A DNA stretch of 64,000 nucleotides. It comes from an uncultured cyanobacterium (GTDB taxonomy: Bacteria > Cyanobacteriota > Cyanobacteriia > CAKZMO01). The stretch lies in assembly GCA_963719515.1 (NCBI GenBank), contig CAVRCJ010000010.1, positions 544,001-608,000 on the forward strand, read 5' to 3'. Position 1 is the stretch's first letter, and each line of letters opens with the position of its first letter. A program made the position numbers and the translations under genes. Below are positions 41,829 through 51,919 of this stretch, piece after piece. The notes below the pieces were generated by a model. It was not told where the DNA came from. It saw only the letters and a program-made list of their open reading frames with translations, and ran no database searches.

Positions 41829-44360
41829 TCAGCCCAAAATGAGCCGCCAAAACAAGACCCCCAAGCCGACGATCGCCCCGTGCTGTGGCCACAGCTGGAT
41901 CAGGGGCTGGCGCGCGATGCGCTGGGTCAAAAAGAAGCTCAGCCACACCGAGACGATCAGCACGACCCCCTGCAAAAAGCCCACCACCGCCGGGGGAGCG
42001 ATCGCCACGGGCCATCCCAAACCGCTATAGCCAAAGGTGGCCGCCGTGATGGGCAGCACCCGTCCCCCTTCATTGAGCCCTAGGTAGAGGTAGTGGGCTA
42101 GGCTGCCCCCCAGCACCAAGGGCAAGTAGCCGTAGGCTAGCTCCAGGAAGGGGCGCGGCTTGAGCCGGTTGACTATGACGATCGCCTGATGGGCCAAAAG
42201 GGCGATCGCCCCAGGGGCCGAGAGCGCTAAGACTGCCGCCAGGGCATGGCTGCCGAAGGAATCTAGGTTGAGGGCAAGTCCCCAGCGGGACTGAATCTGC
42301 ATTTGGATCTCTGGCAACCGGTGCAGCGGCACAGCCCCCAGCAGCAAAAATAGGAGCGCCACTTCATAGAAGGTGGGCTTGTGGGTTGTCCACAGCTCAA
42401 TGCCCGGCGGCCGTAGGTTAAGCTCCACCGAGCGATGGGGACAGGCCTTAAGGCAGGTCATGCAGAGGACGCAGTCGCGGTTGTCCTGCAGCTGAGCCGG
42501 GTGGGAGTAGATGGGGCAGCCTCCGGTCGCTCGCCCTTCCCCCTTTCGCGGGCCGCCCTTGTAGCATTGGTAGGTGGTGCAGGTGGCGGTGCAAATGCCC
42601 TGCTGCGCCCGCAGCTCCACCATCGACAGCTTGGCGAATAGGCCATTCATGCCGCCGATAGGGCACAGGTAGCGGCACCAGAAGCGCCGCTCGAAGAGGA
42701 GAGAGAAGATAACGGCCCCGGCGGTGATCAGCAACAGCAGGCAGCCCGATAGGTAGGCCACATTCTCCAGGTGCCACAGCTCTTCCCACAGCAAAATTAG
42801 AGCAAACAGCCCAAACAAAAACCATCCACCCCAGCGGTCTGCCTGCTTCCGAGGCCAGGGCCGCAGGGAGTTGGGGTAGGCCTTTAGGGAAAGCTTTTGG
42901 GCAATCTCGCCGTACACCATAAACGGGCACACCGCACACCAAATTCGCCCTAGAACCGGGAACAGTATCAGCACCACGGGCCACCACCAGGCCCAGAACA
43001 GCGTGAGGCCAACGTTGACGTCTCGCTGCTGTGGCCCTAAGAACAGAATCCCCAGCACGATGGGAAATCCTACCAGCACGACGCTGTAGTTGATGCGGTC
43101 GGGCCACCAAGGACTGCGGAGAAAGTGGCGCAGCTCAGGATAGAGGTTGAGCAGGTTGATACGGAAGCGCCTCACCTTGTTGCTGTCAGACCAAAAGACC
43201 TCTTCAGTGAGTGCGCCCCCCTCGCTTTGAATCAAGGCCCGCTCCACCATGCTTTCCAGCTCAGAGAGGTTGCTGGGAAAGTCGTAGCCCTGCAGACGGC
43301 GTATCGCCTGCGGGTCTAAGGTTGACTTTTTGAGGTCTCGCGCTCGGCACAGCAGGCTTTGGTAGTACTGCACCTGGGCCGCGATATCGGCCTTACGGAC
43401 CCGCAGCGGCGGCACCTTAATGGTGTGGCCCACGCGCCGCTGGCAGCCTTGGAGCAACGTGCGCTCGGCGGTGAGGATGATGCGGGCGCGACAGGTGCGC
43501 AGCGGCGGTTGAGCGTCATCGCGGTGTAGAGGGCTGTATTGTCCGGTCTCTAGCAGCTGCGCCAGCGTCGGTATCAGCCGCTCAGGTAAATCCTGAACGT
43601 TGTTGAGCAGCAGCGTCCCCTCGCCAATCCACTCCAGCAGCCCCGGACTGCCCCCTTCTCGTCCCAGCAGCTCAGCCCCGCTCACCTGGATGGTGTCGCA
43701 GTCTAGCTTGATCATGGGCTGGCGACGATCGCGCGCGCCAAAGTGAATCAGGGCGGCAATGTTGTCTTTCCCAAGACCCGGTTCCCCAAAAACCAGGACA
43801 GGGCGGCGATCGCCCGACGCCTGGCGAATTTGCTGCCGCAGCCTCACCGCATAGCGGCTGCCGCCGATGATGCCCCGCCGGACTTTAGGCACCAGGTAGG
43901 GGCGCAGCTCGGCCTGCCGGGTTTGCTCTTGAACCAGCTGGGAGGAGACCTGCCGTAGCTCACTGGCCAGCTGTTGGGAAAAGGTGCGGCTGATCTCAGG
44001 GTGCTGTTCAACCAAGGTTAAAAATGCCGCTCGGGGAATTTGCCACAGCTCGCAATCCGTGAGGGTAATGGTGGTGTGCTCGGCGGGCTGGTCCAAGAGC
44101 AGCTCCTGTAGGTAGAGCACGGAACCCGGCAGCAGGCTGGTGGCGGCGGCGGTATCCTGCGGGTGGGTCCGGTAGCGCTCCATACGGCCAGACCGCAGGA
44201 AGTAGACGGCGGGGGGTGGGGTATCTTCTAGGACGAGCCGCCGGTTTTCTTGGACGGCGAGGGGCTCAATCTGGGCGGCGATCGCCTCCAGCACAGAGGA
44301 GGGCAGCGCGCTCAGGGACGTGTGCTGCTGGAGCCATTGAGCTTTTGAATTGATGTCCAC
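41829..44360 (-). CDS. cNMP-binding + sigma54-interaction-like AAA + membrane 4Fe-4S domain protein
   Basis: N-terminal CNBD-like region; GEPGLGKD; CAVCP, CRYLCP, CVLCMTCLKACP. Confidence 0.85.
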   Translation of the reverse strand: MDINSKAQWLQQHTSLSALPSSVLEAIAAQIEPLAVQENRRLVLEDTPPPAVYFLRSGRMERYRTHPQDTAAATSLLPGSVLYLQELLLDQPAEHTTITLTDCELWQIPRAAFLTLVEQHPEISRTFSQQLASELRQVSSQLVQEQTRQAELRPYLVPKVRRGIIGGSRYAVRLRQQIRQASGDRRPVLVFGEPGLGKDNIAALIHFGARDRRQPMIKLDCDTIQVSGAELLGREGGSPGLLEWIGEGTLLLNNVQDLPERLIPTLAQLLETGQYSPLHRDDAQPPLRTCRARIILTAERTLLQGCQRRVGHTIKVPPLRVRKADIAAQVQYYQSLLCRARDLKKSTLDPQAIRRLQGYDFPSNLSELESMVERALIQSEGGALTEEVFWSDSNKVRRFRINLLNLYPELRHFLRSPWWPDRINYSVVLVGFPIVLGILFLGPQQRDVNVGLTLFWAWWWPVVLILFPVLGRIWCAVCPFMVYGEIAQKLSLKAYPNSLRPWPRKQADRWGGWFLFGLFALILLWEELWHLENVAYLSGCLLLLITAGAVIFSLLFERRFWCRYLCPIGGMNGLFAKLSMVELRAQQGICTATCTTYQCYKGGPRKGEGRATGGCPIYSHPAQLQDNRDCVLCMTCLKACPHRSVELNLRPPGIELWTTHKPTFYEVALLFLLLGAVPLHRLPEIQMQIQSRWGLALNLDSFGSHALAAVLALSAPGAIALLAHQAIVIVNRLKPRPFLELAYGYLPLVLGGSLAHYLYLGLNEGGRVLPITAATFGYSGLGWPVAIAPPAVVGFLQGVVLIVSVWLSFFLTQRIARQPLIQLWPQHGAIVGLGVLFWRLILG

Positions 44361-44725
44361 CCGGTTTCCTCCCTGGTATTTTGGCCTTTTCTCATGCTAG
44401 CGAGGTGAGTAATCGGCGCTTTGAGTTATTACAGTTCGACACGAAACGGGGAACTCCGAGAGATGCTGAGGCTTCAGATATTGAGCTCCTTGCTGTGCTA
44501 GGGTGCGGCGAGTGGATCGCAATGGAGCACTCCTATGGGTGTGGATATGGGCATTGATACTACGGCAGCCCTGACGCTGTGGGTTGCGGCGATCACCCTG
44601 TTGGCGGTCACGGTGCAGAGTGCTGTTGGGTTCGGATCGGCGCTCATCTCAGCGCCATCTAGTTCTCCGGGGTACTCCCACCAGAACGCGCTAGCGTTTG
44701 GTGGCGAGGGGGATAGGAGCGAGAA

Positions 44726-45136
44726 TCAGCTAGGCCCGACGCCTGGTTGATTCTCGACATAGGCTTTGACCTGCTCCAGGGTGACGCCGCCGGTTGAAGC
44801 GACAAAGTAAGCCCCAGACCAGAACACCCGTTTTCGATACGCTTTTGCAACACGCTCTTCAAACTCCTTACGAATCAATCTGCTCGACACGGTCTTCAGG
44901 TTATTTACCAGTTTGCTAAGCTGCACGTCCGGTGGATAGCTAATCAATAAGTGAACGTGGTCTGCTTCTCCGTTTATCTCGACAAGGTTGCTACTCCACT
45001 TCTCGCAGGTATCAGCAAAAATCTCGTAGAGACGCTCTTGAATTGGCTTGTCAATGATGTTAAGCCGGTATTTAGTTACAAGCACTAAGTGTATGTTCAA
45101 GCTGTAAATACAGCGATAGCCCTTGTTGTAGGTCAT
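44726..45136 (-). CDS. tnpA: IS200-family Y1 transposase TnpA
   Basis: HLVLVTKYR, DHVHLL, FWSGAYF, YVENQ. Confidence 0.95.
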   Translation of the reverse strand: MTYNKGYRCIYSLNIHLVLVTKYRLNIIDKPIQERLYEIFADTCEKWSSNLVEINGEADHVHLLISYPPDVQLSKLVNNLKTVSSRLIRKEFEERVAKAYRKRVFWSGAYFVASTGGVTLEQVKAYVENQPGVGPS

Positions 45137-45158
45137 GTCACTAAGCTATGATGATGAC

Positions 45159-46418
45159 ATGATTCTAGCCTACCAATACCGACTAAAGCCAACTGCTCAG
45201 CAGGCCGACACTATGGCCCTCTGGGGAGAGTTGCTGCGTCGGCATTGGAACTACGCTCTGGGGGAGCGGCTAGACGTGCTATCCCGATGGCGCTGCCAGA
45301 TTGATAGATGCAGCCTGCGCTCAGAGCCGATAGGCGAGATTGGCGGAAAGATTGACTATTACTCACAGGCTGCTGCCCTCAAAGAGACGAAACAGCTGTT
45401 CCCTGAGTACAAAGGCATTTACGCTGATTGCCAGCAACAAAACCTGATGCGCTTGGACAAAGCGTGGAAGCGCTGGATGTCGCCGGACAAAAATGGTAAG
45501 CGGGGCGGTAGGCCACGTTTTAAGAAGCGGGGCAACCTGTGCTCGTTTACCTACCCAAGGGTGAACTGCCCTAAGGCCGGCGCGTTTTTGAACGGCGACA
45601 TGCTGAAGCTGTCGAAGATTGGCGAAGTACAGGTCATCCTGCACCGACCAATTCCTGACGGCTTCAAATTGAAGCAGGCCACAATCTTGAACAAGGCCGA
45701 TGGTTGGTATGTCAGCTTGTCTCTTGAAGACGGGACGGTCCCAGAACCGTTGCCGGTCAGCGAGGTTGAATCCGTCGTTGGTATTGATGTGGGACTTGAA
45801 AAGTTCCTCACTACCTCTAATGGTGAAGCGGTAAGTATTCCGCAGTTTTATCGCAAAGCTCAAGAGCGTCTTGGCCGTCAGCAGCGCAAATTGGCCCGAA
45901 TGGAGAAGGGCTCTAAGAACCACCAGCGGCAGGCCAACAAGGTGGCGCGGCTGCACCTGCATGTAGGCCGCCAGCGCAAAGAGTTTCACTATCAGCTCTC
46001 GCATTGGCTTTGCGCCAACTACGACTTGATAGCGTTCGAGAACCTGAACATCAAGGGACTTGCCAGAACCCGGCTGGCTAAGTCGATCCTCGATGCGGCC
46101 TGGGGCCAATTCCTCAATATCCTGCAAGCGGTCGCGGTAAAACGCAGCAAACTGGCTATTGGCGTCAACCCCAACGGTACTAGCATTGAGTGTTCGGGCT
46201 GTGGTGAGCGCGTCGTCAAGACGCTGGGTGATAGGGTTCATGTCTGTGGGTGTGGGCTCAAGATGAACCGGGATTGGAATGCAGCAATCAACATATTGAA
46301 TAGGGCGGTCGGACAATCGCTCTCTGGCTGTGGAGGCTTATCCGTTGGGATGCCGTTGAACCAGCAACTCTCAATTGTGAATTTGGAAAGCCCCCGTCTA
46401 CAGCCCGTTAGGGTTTAG
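45159..46418 (+). CDS. tnpB: RNA-guided endonuclease TnpB
   Basis: YQYRLKPT HTH, GIDVGL, AFENL, CSGCG..CGCG, RDWNAAINI. Confidence 0.95.
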   Translation: MILAYQYRLKPTAQQADTMALWGELLRRHWNYALGERLDVLSRWRCQIDRCSLRSEPIGEIGGKIDYYSQAAALKETKQLFPEYKGIYADCQQQNLMRLDKAWKRWMSPDKNGKRGGRPRFKKRGNLCSFTYPRVNCPKAGAFLNGDMLKLSKIGEVQVILHRPIPDGFKLKQATILNKADGWYVSLSLEDGTVPEPLPVSEVESVVGIDVGLEKFLTTSNGEAVSIPQFYRKAQERLGRQQRKLARMEKGSKNHQRQANKVARLHLHVGRQRKEFHYQLSHWLCANYDLIAFENLNIKGLARTRLAKSILDAAWGQFLNILQAVAVKRSKLAIGVNPNGTSIECSGCGERVVKTLGDRVHVCGCGLKMNRDWNAAINILNRAVGQSLSGCGGLSVGMPLNQQLSIVNLESPRLQPVRV

Positions 46419-47050
46419 CGGGGGAGGATGTCACTTCTGATTAGCCTGCTGAGCATTGAGGTGGCGGTTCCGCTACTGTCGGTGCTGGGCGTTGTGCAGC
46501 AGAGCATTCTTTGGGGAGTTTACCGCCAGGCGTTCAACTGGCAAGCGATGATGCGGGTGACCGTCGCCTCGCTGGCGCTAGTTCCAGTTGGCGTCCTGCT
46601 GATCGACTACTGGCCTGAGCGTATCCTGCTAGCGGGCCTGGGTATTGTTCTGATTAGCTACGCGACCTATGAATTGGCCCAGCTTCAGCTCCCCAAGCTA
46701 GAGTCACCGTGCTGGGGCTACCTGTTTGGCGGAATTGCTGGCGTCTTATCGGGGGCATACAATATTGCAGGCCCGCCGGTCATTCTCTACGCCAGCTGTC
46801 AACGCTGGCAGCAGGATGAGTTTAAGAGCAACCTCCAGGGGTATTTTTTGATCAACGCGATTCTGCTTGTCTTTAGCCGAGGGCTACAGGGCCAGCTGAC
46901 GAGGGAGGTCTGGCTGCTTGGCCTTGTGGCGCTGCCCGCGATCGCGATCGGCAGCTTTGCGGGTAAGCGACTATCTGACCGGCTCAACCCACAGCGCTTT
47001 CGCCAAGCTGTTCTCGGTTTGCTGCTGGTGTTGGGCATTCGGCTGCTTAT

Positions 47051-49246
47051 CTAGGCCACTGCTGTCATCGCCTGAACCGGCAGCGCAATTCGAAACTGGG
47101 TGCCCTGCTCAGAGGTATGGTAAGTCAAGTTTCCCCCATGCTTTTCGACGACAATCTGGTAGCTAATCGCCAGCCCCAGCCCGGTTCCCTTGCCAATGGG
47201 TTTGGTGGTGAAGAAAGGATCAAAGAGGCGGGGGCGGACCGACGCCGGAATTTCCGGGCCGTTGTTGGCAATCCACACCAACACCTGATCCGAGGCTACC
47301 TCTGTTTGAATGGTCAGGACTGCAGGGGAGAGTCCCTTTGGAGAGAGCATCGCTTCCTCTAGGGCGTCGATGCCGTTGCTAATAATATTCATAAACACCT
47401 GGTTGAGCTGGCTCGCATAGCACTCAATCTTGGGCAGGTCGCCATAGTGCCGGTAAACTTCAATCTCCCCGCGATCGCCATGGCCTTTGCAGCGATTCTG
47501 CAAAATGAGCAGCGTACTGTCTAACCCCTCATGAATATCAACCCCTCCAGTCTGCGCCTCGTCAACTCGCGAGAAGCTGCGCAGCGAATACACAATCTCC
47601 CGAATGCGCTCGGCTCCCACTCGCATAGAGTTGAGAACGCGGGGCATGTCTTCTTGAATAAAGTCAACGTCAACCGCAGCGGCGGCGGTCTGAATCTTAT
47701 CTGCGGGCTGAGGATAGTGAACTTGGTACTGGTTGATGAGGTGGAGCAAATCCGTAGAATAGGTATCGACGTAGTCCAAGTTGGCGTACACAAAGGTGAC
47801 CGGATTGTTGATCTCATGGGCAACCCCCGCCACGAGCTGGCCCAAGCTCGACATTTTCTCTGTTTGAATGAGCTGCGCCTGGGTTCGCCTGAGGTCATTT
47901 AGAGTCTGCTCAAGCTGTTTGTTCTTTTGCTGCAGCTCCTGCGTGCGCAGCTGCACCCGAATTTCTAAGGTGTGGCTGTAGTGCTCTAAATCATCCCGCG
48001 ACTGCTTGAGCGATCGCGTCATCTGATTGAGGGCCGAGGCCAAAATTCCAATCTCATCGGCTGATTCGACGGTCGCCTGAGCGCTCAGATCTCCTTGGGT
48101 CACCCGCTGAGTAACCTGCGTGAGGCGGTTGACGGGGTCGGCAATCTGCCGCCGCAATATTACCGTCAACACGCTGCCCAGCAGCAGCGCCGTGAGCCCA
48201 AACAGCAGCGTTTGCCACTGGGCAGATCGCAGGGCGGAGCTGCCCGTCCGCAGGTCTGAAGTTAGGGCGCTTTGCTGGACGTCTACAATATCGTCTAGGG
48301 ACTCCAGCATCTCATCGGCCAACGGCTCAGCGTCTTCCCGCAGCAGCACTAAATCCTGACGATAATCCTCGCTTTCAACCGTCGAAAAGAGCCGTTTTGA
48401 GAGCGAGGTAAACTGCTGTCGATGGTCGAGTAGGTTGTTGAGGTTGCTCTGCTGCTGAGCTGTGAGCTGCCCTTGCCGCTGCCGGATGTTTTCTAGCGCT
48501 CGGTCGCTGCGCTGCAGGTTGGCGGTGTAGTCAAACCGAAAGGACGGCTCCTGCGTGACTAGGTAGCCCCGCAGCGCCACAACGCTCAGCTCGAAGGAAT
48601 GCTTAAATTCCATCAGCTCTGTCAACAGCGCCGTGGTTTCTTTAGAGGCGGAGCGGGATTTTTGCAGCTCAATCGCCGTATTTATGTCCGATATAATAAT
48701 GGCGATCGCGAGCTCTCCCTGCTGATCTAGGAGCGCTAAAGCGGGCTGGTTCTCTAAAAAGTTGTCCTTTAGCGAAAACATCTGCTCCGGCAGCACGGTC
48801 CAACGCTGATAGGCCTGGAGCAGCTGTTCAAGCTGAAAGCTACTTTTGGAGACCTTTTCTTGATCGAGCAGGCGCTGTAGCTCAGTCAAATTCTCCTCAA
48901 AGCTTTGGCGCGCCTCGTGGTACTCGCTGCGAAAGTCCGACTTCCCCGTTGCCATGTAGCCCCGCACGCTCGACAGCATCTGCAGCAGATTGCTCTCTGC
49001 CTCCGCCGACTTTAGGGCCGTCGGCATCCGGACCGTTTGGGTGCGCTGCAAAACCGTCGTGGCGTAGAGGCTACCTAAGTAGTTGCGCCCTACCACCAAG
49101 AACGTAATTCCTACAAGTACCCCAAAGCCCGTGGTTAGCTTGCGGCGAATTCTCAAGTTTCGGTAGCGCGTCGACAGGGCCAAAGCCTGCTTCGCGGCCT
49201 TCGTGGAGGCGATCGCAGTTTTAATGTCGAAGGAGTTGAAGGACAT
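47051..49246 (-). CDS. Sensor histidine kinase (periplasmic helical sensor, HAMP, HisKA, HATPase)
   Basis: GVAHEINNP, QVFMNIISNG, FDPFFTTK, GTGLGL. Confidence 0.92.
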   Translation of the reverse strand: MSFNSFDIKTAIASTKAAKQALALSTRYRNLRIRRKLTTGFGVLVGITFLVVGRNYLGSLYATTVLQRTQTVRMPTALKSAEAESNLLQMLSSVRGYMATGKSDFRSEYHEARQSFEENLTELQRLLDQEKVSKSSFQLEQLLQAYQRWTVLPEQMFSLKDNFLENQPALALLDQQGELAIAIIISDINTAIELQKSRSASKETTALLTELMEFKHSFELSVVALRGYLVTQEPSFRFDYTANLQRSDRALENIRQRQGQLTAQQQSNLNNLLDHRQQFTSLSKRLFSTVESEDYRQDLVLLREDAEPLADEMLESLDDIVDVQQSALTSDLRTGSSALRSAQWQTLLFGLTALLLGSVLTVILRRQIADPVNRLTQVTQRVTQGDLSAQATVESADEIGILASALNQMTRSLKQSRDDLEHYSHTLEIRVQLRTQELQQKNKQLEQTLNDLRRTQAQLIQTEKMSSLGQLVAGVAHEINNPVTFVYANLDYVDTYSTDLLHLINQYQVHYPQPADKIQTAAAAVDVDFIQEDMPRVLNSMRVGAERIREIVYSLRSFSRVDEAQTGGVDIHEGLDSTLLILQNRCKGHGDRGEIEVYRHYGDLPKIECYASQLNQVFMNIISNGIDALEEAMLSPKGLSPAVLTIQTEVASDQVLVWIANNGPEIPASVRPRLFDPFFTTKPIGKGTGLGLAISYQIVVEKHGGNLTYHTSEQGTQFRIALPVQAMTAVA

Positions 49247-49269
49247 AGAGGGCAGGCCGGAGAGACCAG

Positions 49270-50385
49270 CTATGTGGGCTCGGTGAGATTAAAGCTGAAT
49301 TGGGCAAAGCCTAACTCATTGAGGCGGTTCCAGCTGTAGATTCGTTGGCGAAACGCTTTCCAGCTGCTGTACACCGCTCGAAAAGACGCATCGTCCGTCA
49401 AGTCTTCGTACATTTCAAATGCCGTTTGATGTGCTTGAGTCAAAATGGCGTCAGAATACTGCCGCAGCTGGGTGCCCTGAGCGACGAGCGTCTCTAGCGC
49501 CTGACTGTTGATGGCATCGTACTTGTTTACCATCTCGCCACTCGCGCTTGCCACTGCCGCCTGAAAAATATCTCGATAGGCCTGGGGAAGCGTCTGCCAC
49601 GCCGCCTGATTGACCTGAATTTCGTAGGTGGTTCCCGGTTCCCACCACCCAGGGTAGTAATAGAACGGTGCGATGCGGTTGAGGCCTAGGCGGCTGTCCT
49701 CGTAAGGGCCAACCCACTCAGCCGCGTCGATGTCCCCAGATTCTAAGGCCGCGAAAATCTTCTCTCCCGCTAGGACTTGGGTCTCTACGCCAAGGCGCTG
49801 CAAAACGTCTCCCCCCAGCCCCGGAATCCGCATTTTTAGATTTTTGAGGGCCTCAATGGAGTCAATCTCTCGGGTAAACCATCCCCCCATCTGCGCCCCA
49901 GTGCTGCCTGCTGGGAAGTTAATGATGTTGAAGTCCGCGTAGATTCGCCGCATGGCGTCCAGTCCGCCCCCCTGAAGTAGCCAGGCCTGCTGCTGCTGCG
50001 CGTTGAACCCAAAGGGGACAGCGGTGCCAAAGCCCAGGGCAGGCTGTCGGTCGATGTAGTAATAGCTAGCCGTATGTCCACATTCAACGGTGCCAGCCGT
50101 GACGGCATCGAGGACGCCTAATCCAGGGACTAGCTCCCCCGATTCGTAGGGGGTGATGGTGAACCGGCCATTGGTCATGGCGCTAATCTGCTGGCAAATC
50201 GCGTTTGCCGTGCCAAAAACGATGTCGAGCGCCTTCGGCCAGCTGGTGGCCATGCGCCACTGGACGAAGGGCTGGGTGAGACGATCGCCTTCGCCAGGTC
50301 GTGAAGGGGGTGGGGGAGCGCTGCAGGCGGCCACGGCAGCGGTCGTGGCCGCAGCGGTATAGCGAATGAGGCGGCGACGCTTCAT
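49270..50385 (-). CDS. TRAP transporter substrate-binding protein (DctP/TakP-like)
   Basis: RR leader plus lipobox-like VAAC; WRMATSWP, QMGGWF, KMRIPG, YYYPGWWEPG. Confidence 0.9.
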   Translation of the reverse strand: MKRRRLIRYTAAATTAAVAACSAPPPPSRPGEGDRLTQPFVQWRMATSWPKALDIVFGTANAICQQISAMTNGRFTITPYESGELVPGLGVLDAVTAGTVECGHTASYYYIDRQPALGFGTAVPFGFNAQQQQAWLLQGGGLDAMRRIYADFNIINFPAGSTGAQMGGWFTREIDSIEALKNLKMRIPGLGGDVLQRLGVETQVLAGEKIFAALESGDIDAAEWVGPYEDSRLGLNRIAPFYYYPGWWEPGTTYEIQVNQAAWQTLPQAYRDIFQAAVASASGEMVNKYDAINSQALETLVAQGTQLRQYSDAILTQAHQTAFEMYEDLTDDASFRAVYSSWKAFRQRIYSWNRLNELGFAQFSFNLTEPT

Positions 50386-50601
50386 AGCTTTAAGGGGGGG
50401 GCTTACGGACTGATATCGATGGGGGCGATCGCCTACGGACTGCGATCGATCAGGTCATAGATGCCTCGCCTATGTCTATTATGCTATCAAAGCGCTGTGA
50501 AAGTCTGCTGACTCAGCAATTTTACGGAAGCGATCGCCACCGCCGCCGCTTGACGATGCTCACACCACCGATTTCATTTCACTGGCCTTACACCACCGGT
50601 C

Positions 50602-51783
50602 TCACTTTACCGGGAGGCGGCCACTTTGCTGCTGCAGCCCCAACACCACCAGCGCGGTGACCAGCACCAGCGGCCAGCTGAGATGATTGAGCATCGCCCA
50701 GTCAAATCGATAGAATACGCGGCCCGAGAGCAGGGTTGTCAAAGCGACGAAGCTGAACACCAAGAAATCGTGAGCCGCCTGCACTTTGCCCTTCTCCGTC
50801 GGAGCGTGAGTTTCCGTCAGCAGGCTCGTCGATCCGACATACATAAAATTCCAGCCTAGGCCCAACAAAAGTAAGGCGATCGCGAAATGCTCAAAGCTCG
50901 TACCCGCTAAATTGACCCCCATGCAGCCCAGAAGCAGCGCTGCCCCGGCTTGAATAATCGTCAAAACGCCAAACCGCTTGATCAGCCAGCCCGTTATTAA
51001 AGAGGGGCCAAACATTCCTAGCACATGCCACTGAATCACCGTCGCCGTCTGGGCAAAGGAGTGCAGCTCGGCGGTCATGGCGAGAGGCGTTGCCGTCATC
51101 ACAAACGCCATGATACCGTAGCTCACCATACTGCCCAAAGTGGCCACCAAAAACTTGGGCTGACCCATAATCTGCGCTAGAGAGCGGGTGGGCAAGTCAG
51201 CCTGGCCTACAGCAATGACGGGGGTATGCAGCCCCAGCAGCAGCAGGCCCGCCAGCCCTTGTAGTCCTAGCACCGCCACCATTGCCCCAGCGTAAAGCTG
51301 GCTGTTAAACCACTCTTGAGACTGGGTCGCGAGCCAGGGCCCTAATACAGCGGCAATAATGCCACCGGCAATCACCCAGGAAATGGCCTGGGCGCGGAAA
51401 GCCTCAGGGGTCACGTCCGCTGCAGCAAAGCGATAATACCCGACGAAGCTGTTGGCGATTCCCAGCAGTCCCATAGCCCCGGTAAACCACCAGAAATTGG
51501 CGCTGGTCAAGCTATAGATGCCGACGATCGCACCGATGATCCCCACTAAAGTACCTACAAGGAAGCCGCCGCGTCGCCCGATGCGCTGCATCAAGAGGGA
51601 CGCGGAGATGGTGGTGGACATGGTAGCAATCTGACGCGTGGCTAAAGGAAGGGTGGCCAGGGCTTTGTCTGCCGCCAAAGCGTAGCCAATGAGAGCAGCG
51701 GTAGTGATTAAGACGGTGTTAGTGGTCATCGCTAAGGCCTGGCAGCAGGCCAATAAAGCGACCTGAACTTTTGCAGAGGTCAT
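50602..51783 (-). CDS. MFS transporter
   Basis: About 12 TM segments; RIGRRGGF, YRFAAAD, QWHVLGMF. Confidence 0.88.
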   Translation of the reverse strand: MTSAKVQVALLACCQALAMTTNTVLITTAALIGYALAADKALATLPLATRQIATMSTTISASLLMQRIGRRGGFLVGTLVGIIGAIVGIYSLTSANFWWFTGAMGLLGIANSFVGYYRFAAADVTPEAFRAQAISWVIAGGIIAAVLGPWLATQSQEWFNSQLYAGAMVAVLGLQGLAGLLLLGLHTPVIAVGQADLPTRSLAQIMGQPKFLVATLGSMVSYGIMAFVMTATPLAMTAELHSFAQTATVIQWHVLGMFGPSLITGWLIKRFGVLTIIQAGAALLLGCMGVNLAGTSFEHFAIALLLLGLGWNFMYVGSTSLLTETHAPTEKGKVQAAHDFLVFSFVALTTLLSGRVFYRFDWAMLNHLSWPLVLVTALVVLGLQQQSGRLPVK

Positions 51784-51919
51784 GTACGAAGGCTTTAATG
51801 GAACTTGAGCCTACCACGGCTATCTGGCGCTGAACCATGCAGGGGTGAGCGAGCTATCAATCTTGTTCATCTCTAACCAGGCCAGCCCTTAACCAATTCT
51901 GAACACCAATACTGAACCG

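Larger units (their letters stand above)
44659..46434 (+). mobile_element. Complete IS605-type element (divergent tnpA/tnpB), target CCAT, ends TCAC, no target duplication
   Basis: Left-end hairpin ctcccacca...tggtggcgag; right-end hairpin cccccg...cggggg then aggatgtcac; host frame restored on removal. Confidence 0.9.
44535..47054 (+). pseudogene. Sulfite exporter TauE/SafE (TSUP) gene interrupted by IS605
   Basis: VQSAVGFGSALISAP (to 44658) and FLISLLSIEVAVP...GVLSGAYNIAGPP (from 46435) rejoin in frame. Confidence 0.85.

Noticed and set aside
45363..46316. 317-aa antisense ORF
   Set aside because: Lies entirely opposite tnpB and has no recognisable motif
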